A stretch of DNA of 64,000 nucleotides from Dicyema japonicum. Its lineage: Eukaryota > Animalia > Dicyemida. Of this stretch, positions 24,022 through 34,452 are shown piece after piece. Each line of letters opens with the position of its first letter. Positions within the stretch are counted from its first letter, which is position 1. The position numbers were made by a program, and so were the translations under genes. The notes beneath the pieces are model-generated. The model was not told where the DNA came from and did no database searches. It worked only from the letters and a program-made list of their open reading frames with translations. Where the stretch lies: assembly GCA_011109175.1 (NCBI GenBank), contig RDEW01000048.1, positions 147,445 through 211,444 on the forward strand, written 5' to 3'.

Positions 24022-24332
24022 TTAACCCCGGATACACCGAGAAAGAAGTTAAAGTAAACAACTAATTAAGTGTATCCAGTTTCCACTTCTACAGAAACAG
24101 AGTCCATCCGAATCAACACAAAGGGTAAGAAGTCCATTATATGCAGTTGTGGAAACCCCTCAAGTGGAGTGGGGAAGAGCAAATGATCCTTTTTCATGCC
24201 GCCCTGGCACTGGGCGTCACCTAGACAGGTGATCACATGACGCCACTCTATTAGGAAGAGAGAGGAGGAACAGACAAGCAGCAGAAAAAATTAAACCAAT
24301 TAACCACGCAGCACCACATGGCGCCACGCGGC
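24022..24332 (-). mobile_element. Family A element, most complete copy
   Basis: Minus strand: GCCGCGTGGCGCCATGTGG, pyrimidine tract, GGCGTCATGTGATCACCTGTCTAGGTGACGCCCAGTGCCAGGGCGGCATGAAAAAGGATCAT, then GGATACACTTAATTAGTT...CCGGGGTTAATAAATAAAT. Confidence 0.85.
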
Positions 24333-26025
24333 AAAACTCATGGAAAACTAGTCCCTACATACAACCAAATTGATTATATTATATGCCGGATTAACGACAA
24401 ACGCTCTCTTATAAACGCACGCTCATACGAAGGTTCAACAACTGTCAGCAATCACAGATTGGTTATTGTCACCTTCAGCCTGGCAAAACATGGTATCAAA
24501 TATATGAAACATAACAACATTACAAACAATAATAATGAGAATACAAGAAATGAATACTCATCGGAAAAAACTGATTTCTCATCCAGTATAATAAACGAAG
24601 CAGCTAGCCAGTACTTCGGCACGCGGGAAATGGCCAGTAAGGGTCGGACGATACATATAGAACTATCAAAGAAATTTAAAAAATCCATACAAAAAACTAA
24701 ACAAAAAAGACTATAACAAGAGAAAAACCCTTCAGGGGCAGAGGGACCAAACCCGTAGAAAAATCAGGAGACTGAACAAGACACTCAACCAAGAACTGCT
24801 TCGCAAAATCAATGAAGTATCCAAACTAAAAAATAATTTACAAATTTATATGGCCGCTCGTTTACTACGCCACACAAACTGGAAGGAACGAATAATCATC
24901 AAAGACAAAAATGACAAGACATTACTGAATACTGAAGAGCAAGCGGAGGTAATTGCAACACATTTTGAAAAACATTTCAATGTGACTACATCAATTTCCC
25001 CATTCAAAGGAAAGCCTAGACCCTTGAAAGAACCAATTACAATTTTGGAATTAAAAACAGCATGTCAAAAAACTAAAAAATAACAGATACGATAAACCCA
25101 GAATTACTGAAATACGGCCCTGACCCCCTTTTTGAGAAAATCGCTACATTTCTAAATGAAATGTTTTCAACTAACAAAATACAAAAACCCAATAAACTCA
25201 AAGGACCGGTTGAAAACTTACAACCAATTATATTATCAAATTCTCTACGGAAAGTATTAGCTAACATTGTATTGGAACGAATAAAAGGACCGTCTATGAC
25301 TACCTACCCGAAAGTTAAATTGGGTTCAGAGTCGTTAAAGTGGGATCAGAGTCACTCGAAGAGAAATAGAGACACACAAAGAAACTTGGCTCCCTATTAA
25401 GAGATAGTGAAGATATCATACGGAGAAAAAACATGGCAAACGCGGCATTACACAGGCTGAAAAACCTATGGCTAAAACGGAAAGAGAATAACATAAAACA
25501 AAGGATAATGTTATTCGACACCTTTATCAAACCAATCCTCCTATACAACTATGGGACATGGGCACCTCAAAAGAGGAATTGGAGAGGCTAGAGTCGTTTC
25601 ACAGGAATTATCTAAGAAACATAATTGGAATGTCCTGGCCATTTAAGATCTTGCGGATAGGATTGTACTATAAGTGTGACTGTACACCATTAAGTCACGA
25701 GATCATTAGCTCTTGTTGGAGACTTTTTGGACACGTTCTCAGGTTAGATCCGATATCCCCCATCCCGAATACCGCAATGGAAGATTAGTACTTCTCTAAT
25801 GTAAAACGTTTTTGTGGAAGACGGAGAACAACCCTCCCGGTTTTACAAAACGATCTGAAAGCCGTGAAGAAAACATTGGCATCTGGTGACGATTTGGACA
25901 AACTGAGGGATCTGGCAACGAACAGAAGAGCTTGGATCAAGCAAACTCTTTCTCTTATTTTTTGCTGCACATGTGGGGCTATAAATATTATGGCTCTCAT
26001 GAAAGTGCTGATAATAATAATAATT
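24333..26025 (+). mobile_element. RTE-like LINE (APE + RT), 5'-truncated, internally deleted and frameshifted
   Basis: APE C-terminus YNQIDYII..SNHRLVI; RT pieces GPVENLQPIILSNSLRKVLANIVLERI, LERLESFHRNYLRNIIG..WRLFGHVLRL, GRRRTTLP, DDLDKLRDLATNRRAW; ends GTGCTGA(TAA)n. Confidence 0.8.
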
Positions 26026-26029
26026 CCAT

Positions 26030-26125
26030 GTCTTTTCTGGAGAGTTATTAAGGATTTTTCCATCGACGTCGGATAAGACCTCCCCCATGTCGGTCTGAGG
26101 TCACTTAATTAGTTAGAAACTTTCC
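26030..26125 (+). mobile_element. Family H 3' end; related copy at about 40660-40830 (-)
   Basis: GTCGGTCTGAGGTCACTTAATTAGTTAGAAACTTTCC..TTTTAACCGGGG versus the reverse complement at 40660-40720, GTCAGTCTGGGATCACTTAGTTAGTAAAGAAATTTC..TTTTAAACCGG. Confidence 0.6.
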
Positions 26126-26155
26126 TTGCTTTTAACCGGGTAATCCTGAGGTAAT

Positions 26156-26352
26156 ACTGTTCGACCTCGTTTTAGGGAAACCAAAACTGCGGGGAAAACC
26201 TCTTTTTAAAAAAAACCTCGTTTTGCGGAGATTTTATCATTTTAATAGTAACAATGATTTTTTTACTAATAAACCTCCAAATGTAGAAAATTAGTAACGA
26301 AATACAGTCCAACCTCGTTTTGGGGAAACACAAACTGCGGGAAAAACCTAGA
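26156..26352 (+). repeat. Two tandem pogo/Tigger-like left ends (about 45-50 bp, 147-bp period)
   Basis: TA-CTGTTCGACCTCGTTTTAGGGAAAC..AAACTGCGGGGAAAACCT (26156) and TA-CAGTCCAACCTCGTTTTGGGGAAAC..AAACTGCGGGAAAAACCT (26303). No matching right end was seen. Confidence 0.5.
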
Positions 26353-27019
26353 TTTTGTGGAATTCTTACGAGGTAATTATTTCTCTCTTTACTAGCTGTC
26401 AGCACGTTGACATTATTTTCTCTGAGTACTTCACAGATCACAACACCAATCTCATCATACTCTGTGTTTAAACTCCACAACACCTAAGTAGTAGTTTAGC
26501 AGCGAGATACCATACTTATTTAATGCTAAGAACAAATTTAGAGAACTCTTGCAAATGTCTTCAGTAATTTGTCGCTTAGTCCAAGATACTTTAGAGTTTC
26601 GGCAACATCAAGATATTTATCTCCTGCGTGTTCCTATAGGAATTTTACTAACTCCTATTCAAAAAATAGAATATGTAGTGAAATACATTCAGATCTGTAT
26701 AAATATGGATTTATTTGGGAGAAATATAGCATCTCGAAAGCAAGTCCGACTCAAAAGGGAAGAAATCATATGTGAAGTCTGCTCTATGCAAAATTTGATA
26801 AACTGGCACAAATTGAATACATATGTTTATGAAGTTTTGCGTTCTCTAAGATTCAAAGGTTTCTTATTACTTCTAAAGTTACAACAAAACTTATTACTTC
26901 GAAAGTTACAACAGCAATATGAAATTGCTTTGAAAAAATTTGCAAGTCGGACTTTAAAACAATAGAAACAACATGATAACGAAAAAAAACTTAATTAATG
27001 AAAATTCAGGACACCTACT

Positions 27020-27330
27020 GGAGTGGGATATCAATTCGTCTCAGGACCTGTGCCATTTTCATCCATACCGTTGTGGATCTGTTGTGGACTGCAAAGGACT
27101 TCACCCGCTATCTTCCCATCTTAGCAGAGGCCGGTTCCCAAGGCATGCCGCCATCAACGGGGTTGTGAAGCGCCCTCTTGAGGCGGCTGGATTCTTGATG
27201 GAAAGCGCCAGACGGGGTAACTGTCTTCCTCTTCTCTCGAGGGAAATGTTTGATTTGAGATGGGGCCTGTATCGACACCTTTTCCCAGTTAAGACTTGCT
27301 GGTTCCGTGTTGAGAGCTGGTGAGAATATC
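27020..27330 (+). mobile_element. CRE-like element fragment, zinc finger to REL region
   Basis: RCGSVVDCKGLHPLS..SRGRFPRHAAINGVVKRPLEAAGF matches the CRE-clade C.C...D..G.H.L.C...GR..RH..N..I.R.L motif. Confidence 0.65.
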
Positions 27331-27690
27331 GAGATAAAAAATACAACTACCTCTCCAAAAGATTCTATGTACAGACGAATAGAGTCTTCGGGCCCAATAC
27401 GGTCTCATTTTTAAGCTCGCTTTGGTCAATGATTTCGAAAGTTATTACTGACGTCGGGAAACGAATGGTTGTTCCAAAGGATTTCTCTGGCATTTGTCAG
27501 GGGTAACAGCCATCCCATCCTATAAGCTAGATTATTTTGATTGTCTTGTTAAGTAATAAATTTTTTTATTAAAAAATAAAAAAAGGGTACTTGAACTAAT
27601 GAAGAGTAAGTAAGAGAATTTTTAATAACAAAAAACATGCATTAGCGAAACATCGTTAATAAAGCAAAGCATCGTAAACGAAGCGAAAAA

Positions 27691-28603
27691 CTATAATCGA
27701 AGAGATACATTGTGAATAAAGAAGTCAATGACTGCCATATCATAAGGATCCATATTATGGAGAGAAATTAGGTTTCTATGAAGATTAAAACTTTCCTAAA
27801 ATTCATAAAAACTGTCAAACTATAAAAGTATAAAGTTCCTGGTTTATTATAAACCTAAGTAGAGCTTCTTTCAAAATAATAACGTTATAATGAAAAAAAA
27901 TTTTGTAGGATGAGATTCCATGACAACATTTAGGTAATTGAGGCATTGTCCAATCTTAACATCCTCAGCTCCAATGACCGAAAAACATTGAGGAACCTAA
28001 AATCGATTTAATAAATACTCCATTTAGAAAAGCCAAAACAACTTTTTTAACGGTCATTTTGCTCAGAACATATGAAGCCCCTCCGCTAAAATATCCATTC
28101 GGAATATGGTTGTAAATTTTATATCCAAAGCTGATCAAATTAGTTGGATCGTATAGTTTTAAAAAACATCTCAGATTCTCCATAATAATGTATGTGTCAT
28201 CATCGGCCTTCACAATCCAATCAAATTGGCCCGAAAAATGTTCCTCGATGTATTTCAACGCTGCATATGTTTTTGAAGGTAGATGTTGGTAGTCATCTTC
28301 AACATTTAATGAAACTACATTCTCTGTATTTAGGCCTGGTTTTCCGACAAAAAATAAAAGTTTGTCGCATCTTTTCCCCCATGTTTTAGAAACAGATACT
28401 CCGTGTGTTTCATAATAAGGCAAACAAGTCAAAACCATGCAAAAAATAGTTTGGTTACGTTCGTCTAATTCGACTTTGTAATTCTTTATTATTTAACAAA
28501 TAGAAGACAACAATGAAAGGGGTTAATATTACTAGAATATTGAAAAATCTTAATGATCAATAAAAATTTACTTTTCACAACGAATACGTAATAGTATTGG
28601 CAT
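27691..28603 (-). CDS. C1GALT1: Core-1 beta-1,3-galactosyltransferase-like (GT31), type II membrane protein
   Basis: Signal anchor in exon 2, then IFCMVLT..KTWGKRCDKLLF..KTYAALKYI..FDWIVKADDDTYIIMENLRCFLKLYDP..FG..GYFSGGASYVLSK, AEDVKIGQCL and LISLHNMDPYDM. Introns of 22-28 nt; a 25- or 28-nt intron ending at 28484 restores the frame after the anchor. Confidence 0.85.
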
Positions 28604-28769
28604 TATTTACCGGATAGTTTTAAATAATTGATAATAATTTGGTTCTCCATTTTAAAATTTACTTGTTTTATTTTACCAAGAAATTTATATAAGAGAAATT
28701 ATTAAAAAATTACGTTTATAAGTTATTTATTGGAATTTTAAAATTTGATTATTTATTTTTATTTATTTA

Positions 28770-31700
28770 CAGACCAGCTCAACTTTGTGTTCTCTGAATG
28801 CTATCTGCGACTCTATTGACTCTTCTAATCCCGGAGAATGGATCTCATCTCTTTTAACTTGTGTCAAAGACCGCCTCAAACGAGTACCTAGAGGAGGGTG
28901 GCCATTCATAGCCAATTATTTTAATTCTAAATTTGGAAAAAAGAAATCCGTTTATGAGTTGAAGAGACTTGTCTCCTGTCATCAGAATAATAGTACAATA
29001 CCTAAAATTGGAATTAAAATGGATAAGGCACCTGATTTGGCATTATACAATAAAACCTTTGAAGAATTATTGAGTCAGATTGATGCAAATAGTTCAAAGA
29101 AAATCGATGAAAGGCGTCAAACAAGGAAGATTCCTTTCCAGTTTGTAAATGACAATTTAATTGAAATGCTAAATAAATCTTTAATCGAATATACATCGAA
29201 TAACATACCTTCAAGTATTGAAGACATTTCATGTTTGATATACTCTGCTCAGTGTGTATATCAACAAATCACAATGAAGGAACCTTTCAAATCGAACTGG
29301 AGGCAAAGAATACAAAAGAAGATTGAAATTTTAGCTGAAAATAATCTAGTAATATCAAATTTCTTTATGTCTACTATTACAGGCGAGGAAAAGAAAAAAG
29401 CAGTCGACATTCTGTGTTCCTACAATTACAAAAAATGCAAAAGGGGTGAATTTGAAAGGATATCAACCGCAATAAATGACCAAATTAGAATTTTAAACAA
29501 AAAGTTGTCGATTGCAGACTCGAGGCGACAATATGGAACTGATAATCGAAATTTTGAGTTGAACAGAAGGTCATTCTATAGAAAACTAAAGTCAGATTCT
29601 GACATTGAGTGCATTGATGGCTTTGACACATCCGAATGCTTTAAATTTTGGACAGAGGTTTGGGAAAAAAGGGATAAAAATGATTTGAGTTTTGGAATGA
29701 ACAAGAGAATAACGGGAGTTGAACAGCAAGAATCTGATATAAACGATAATTTTATATCAAATTTAATTGAGTACCTCCCAAATTGGAAGGCCCCCGGAGT
29801 TGATTGCGTATATAACTTCTTTATCAAGAAGTTGGATTCTCTTCATCAATATTTATTTAAAGAGATCAGAGATATCATTAGTGGGAAAAGTCAACCGAAA
29901 AGATGGTTTTATACGGGGATTACATACCTAATCCCAAAGAAGAAGAACTCTGTTGACCCTAAGGATCTTAGACCGATTACATGTATGCCGTGCTTATACA
30001 AGCTGGTTACGAAATGTGTAAACGAAAAAATTGCACAATATGCTGAAACTTATGATTTAATTACTGAGTATCAGCTTGGGACAAAACGACACTGTCAAGG
30101 AGCAAAGGAATTGGCACTTTTAAACAGATGTGTTAACAAAGCCCATGAAAACAAACTATTCTGTGCATGGATTGATGTTAGAAAAGCGTTTGATTCAGTG
30201 AGTCACGAGTATCTTGTTAAAATCCTGGAAAACTCGGGACTACCAGAATGGATAACCAAGTTTGTAATATCAATAATTCCAAACTGGCGTGTGTCATTAA
30301 GATTGGGGAAAAAGATATTGGGAACGATTAATATTGAACGTGGAATACTCCAAGGTGACTCTCTATCACCTCAATTATTTGTATTTGTTTTGGATCCACT
30401 AAGCAGAATGTTGTCTGCAAAATATCCGAGCATGTCTATCAATACTGCTGAATCTAATTCTTTTACTTTTTCTGCGAATCATTTCTTATTCATCGATGAT
30501 TTGAAACTTTTGGCAAAAGAGGAAGGGACACTGGCATGCATGATGAAAGATGTGAATGCTTACTTTAAATTGTCCGGCTTAGAAAAGAATTTTGAAAAGT
30601 CCGCAACAAATAGTTATTTACTATCGAATGATGCTAAACTAATGGATGGAGTGGATAGTTATCGCTATTTGGGGGTGTTAGAAGACAATTCCAGCAAAGT
30701 AGTTAAAGAAGTTGTACTTAAAAATATCAAAGAGGAGGTGCAAGATCGTATTGAAAAACTGTCAAAAACGAAATTGAATTCGGTCAATTTGTTTAAAGCC
30801 ATAAATGAACATGCTCTATCCCTTTTTAATTATTATATTGGTTTCTCGAGATGGAACCCGGTGAATATGAGGAATTTGATAGATTAGTCAGAAAATTACT
30901 TATGCGTTTGGGTATTCATATGAAACCGGCTTCCAAGGAAAGATTATACTTACCAAGGAGTACGCTGGGAAGAGGGCTGATATCAGTTACTTTTAAGTCA
31001 GAAAAAATGCTACTTGAGTTTAAAACAAGCCTTGAAAGGCGGAAAAAGATTTCTCTGAGAAAAGCTGGAATTCTGTGGGCCGAACAGCTAAGAAAAACAC
31101 ATATGGCCACAATCACAGAATTCCTGCGGGTAAAATACCAAATGGGCCCAACCATAGACATTGTGGAGAATCTAAAGAGTTCACAGATTAACTCTCTCCT
31201 GTCTATCATCAAAAAGAAAAGCCTACATTCAATATTATTTGAATCACTTGAGAATGATACATTTGACATAAAATCATCGTCTACATGGATCACAAATGGA
31301 AATATTTCTCCCAAGTCTGAAGCGATGTTCTTTCTTTTGCAAGATAGGAATATCTTTTTCCGGGATCTTGGTCTAAAATGTCCACATTGTAATTCCTCGA
31401 AAAAAACTGTCGATCATTTGGCTACGAGGTGTAACAGAATGCTAAACTCAGACTATACAAGACGACACAATGAAATAGTTAAATGCATTCACATGCATTT
31501 ATCTAGAAAATTTGGATTTAAAAAATCCAAAAAATTGAAGTCACATTCTATTCAAAGCATCATCACAAATCAGCATGCCGAGATCCGAGTTGATACGACC
31601 ATTCCAACGGAGTCCAAAGTCCAATATAACAAGCCTGACATTTTCTTGTACGATAAGAAAATGAACCAAATATGGCTAATTGAAATTGGAGTAACATCAA

Positions 31701-32160
31701 TGGACAATCTCAAGGCTGTCGAAGTTGAAAAACTACATAAATACGACATTCTTGCGAGTGAACTAGAGATCATTTACAAAGCCAAAGTAAAGATACTCCC
31801 AATTGTTCTTACCTGGGATGGAATTGTCTCCAGGTATTTCAAATCATACATGGACATCATTGGAATTACGACCATCACCCGAGCGTACATCCAAACGATT
31901 GCGCTGAAGAAGACTTTAGAGAGCATGCTTGTAGAATATAAACACGGGTTTGAACAAATAACGATGGCGATTAACAATAATTGGGAAATGATGAAGAATC
32001 CTCTTACTGGATGCAATTTGGGAAAGAGGCGACGCGACACTGATAAAGAGTTGGATGATCCAGAAAATAGGAAGGGAAGCGGAGATACTACCAAGAGAGT
32101 CCCGGTGGGTGCTGGCCTGGTCGGAGAGACCAGAAGTTGATACATTAATTAGATGATATG
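28770..32160 (+). mobile_element. R4/Dong-clade non-LTR retrotransposon, near-complete (RT + CCHC + restriction-like endonuclease), one frameshift
   Basis: ORFs 28785-30887 and 30851-32140 give PNWKAPGVD, DLRPITC, WIDVRKAFDSV, QGDSLSP, NHFLFIDD, YRYLG, RLYLPRSTLGRGL, CPHC..HLATRC, RRHNEIV and KPDIF..LIEIG..EKLHKYD. Adding one T at 30842-30844 joins them (GFLEMEP). Confidence 0.93.
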
Positions 32161-32999
32161 ACTATTGTTTGTTTTGTTTTAACGATTATTTTTTTTTATT
32201 TTCTAAAATTTTGTAAATGATGCGGAACATTTGTATGTGTAAAAAACCACGTCTCTTGGTATCCAGATTTGTTTATAAATGCTTTTATATAACAAATCCT
32301 ACTCTGTAATTAGGGAAATTCAAAAACAGATTTTGTATGACTTGTCAGATATCACAGAAATCAGCTGAGTAAAATCATTATACTGGCCAAAAATCAAGAA
32401 GGACGAGACTCCCTACAAGTTATGAAAATGTTATAAGCTTTGCAATCTTATTATGAAGGATTTTTTTTAACCAAAATGGAATTGGAGGCTTTGTGGACGG
32501 CAGAAAATCATGTCTAGATCAAATTGAAAAAAAATAAAAACAGCGGATGATCTTGATGAATCAATGGAACGTGGTGCATTGGATTGACAAAAAACTAGTA
32601 GAATAGAAAGTAATGAGAACAAAACAAGCGAAACCCTGAGTACTCATATGTTTATGTGAAAGCTAAGTGCATGTAACTAACTTAACTAATAATTAAACTT
32701 TTGGTTTTTATTAATGGCATGAAAAGCCTTGTTATCAGCCATTTTCTAGATGTTTACCGCCGAACATCGATGAGAGTGAAGCTTCCCTGACCAGGGGAAG
32801 ATCGCATTCACTTGGTTGTATCGGCTGAGATAACAAAGTTATATTACAAAATTGGTTATTCTGCTTTCTAGATGGGAAATCTCTTCTCTTTTCACTGTCA
32901 ACTTTCAATTTCTTATAAATAAATCTTACTGATATCTAACTACATAACTCTTAATATTGCCTTTATGCAATCAGAATATCGAGCTTAAATGAAATGATT

Positions 33000-33250
33000 A
33001 AATCACCTCACACAAGCATTCAACCATACAGAGGTGGAAAAGCTAGACAAGTATGACTTGCTCGCTGAGAAAAGAGCATGCTATACGATGCTCCATGAGA
33101 ATTATCTTTCTGATTATCTCCACGTGTTATAGAAATCATTTGAAGTTTTTGTCTATTGATGAGTCAATAAAGATTATATTCAATCTGTGGTGTTAAAGAA
33201 AACATGAGAAAATATGATTGTCGAGCACAAACATTGAGTCAAGACACCAA
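33000..33250 (+). mobile_element. R4-like REL fragment
   Basis: GTGGAAAAGCTAGACAAGTATGACTTGCTCGCT reads VEKLDKYDLLA, matching VEKLHKYDILA in the full-length element. Confidence 0.5.
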
Positions 33251-33508
33251 TTGAGTAAATTCTTTACGCGTTGATGCGACTGGAAGAACGGGCAACTCAT
33301 TACACTGGTGAAGCGGCGAACCCTGCAGTCCGAAGAGAAAGTGGAAGTAAGGAGGATGACTGGTGAAGATCTTCGTAAAAAAATATGTTAATTTAGTTTA
33401 GTCCAACAAATCTCAAATGATTTTATATATTAACTAAATTGACAATTTTAAATATACAAAAAGTTTTTGTACAAAAAATACTTGTCGATAGATATTTTCA
33501 TTCATTTA

Positions 33509-33712
33509 TTAACCCCGGATACAAAAGAGAAAAAGTTAAAGTAAACAACTAATTAAGTGCATCCAGTTTCCACTTCTACAGAAACAGAGTCCATCCGGAA
33601 TCAACATAAAAAGTAAAAGACGTCCATACTTGCAGTTGTGGAAACCCCTCCAGTGGACTGGAAAGAGCAAATGCACTGTGCGCCACCTAGACAGGTGGAT
33701 CACATGACGCCA
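33509..33712 (-). mobile_element. Family A element
   Basis: Close homolog of 24022-24245; homology appears to start at the GGCGTCA helix. Confidence 0.85.
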
Positions 33713-34369
33713 TATTTTAAAATAGTAGTAATGTAATTCAGACAGAAATCATTTAATATTTCAATTTAATATAAAATTATTTTTTATTAATTAAAATCTA
33801 ACGCAATTTAAATTGATAAATTAAGACATAAGAGTATAAATTGATAATTTGCGATTTTAAAATAATTTTACGTTGTTGATGGTGCAAAATATTCTGTTGT
33901 TTTTAATTTTGTTGAATTCATCGATGAACTATCAGTGTAGGCTCATAAAACGTTTTTTATTAAAATATTTTTAGAAAAAGCTGAAAATTCATATACATCA
34001 AATAAAATGGATGGTGAATATCAAAAATATGGCAATTGTAAAATTGATAGACTTTTAAAGCAAATTAATGATTTTTATGAAAAATCAATAAGTTCTTAAT
34101 TATTTATTTCTTTGATAATAAATTTACTTTTTTGGAAATTTCATTTTTTTCTTTATTAATCTACTAAAACTAATCTACCCATCGCCTCTTGTACAAGTCT
34201 ATTTTTTGAAAATGACAGATTTATAAAAAAAAAAATCTAATGATTCATTTTGTTTTTAATTCATATTATAATAATTTTTAATATAAAAGTAATTTTTCCA
34301 TATTCAATTAGCTTTTTTGGAATTTTTGAGTCGTCTAGGGAATTAGATCGCTACACGAACAGAAGACCC

Positions 34370-34452
34370 TCGTGAGCGCTGCTGGTTTTGAGCGAATCTC
34401 GCTCTCCATCTTGAGAGGGAATAGCCACGTAGTCAGGGAAGCCGCTATATGA
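34370..34452 (-). repeat. Short repeat family E; copies at 47904-47990 (+), 60943-61040 (+) and a deleted form at 58210-58250 (+)
   Basis: Shared core TGAC(T/A)(G/A)CGTGGCTATTCCCTCT..GA..ACGAAC/GAGC GAGATTC. Confidence 0.7.

Noticed and set aside
24055-24075. AACTAATTAAGTG as a spliced-leader exon/donor
   Set aside because: No Sm-binding site or SL hairpins follow, and in the opposite orientation it behaves as a retroelement 3' signature.
24022-26125. LINE fragment apparently bounded by inverted ends (CCCCGG..AACTAATTAAGTG ... CACTTAATTAGTT..CCGGGG), suggesting one TIR element
   Set aside because: The two ends belong to different short families (A and H) sharing only the 3' signature, and the LINE has its own (TAA)n tail at about 26012-26025. 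Independent insertions explain it.
26549-26965. 138-aa ORF as a real gene
   Set aside because: No recognisable motif, and it lies among transposon debris; unsupported without expression data.
28460-28515. Frameshift in C1GALT1 between the signal anchor and catalytic domain
   Set aside because: A phase-0 GT-AG intron of 25 or 28 nt ending at TAAAG restores the frame.
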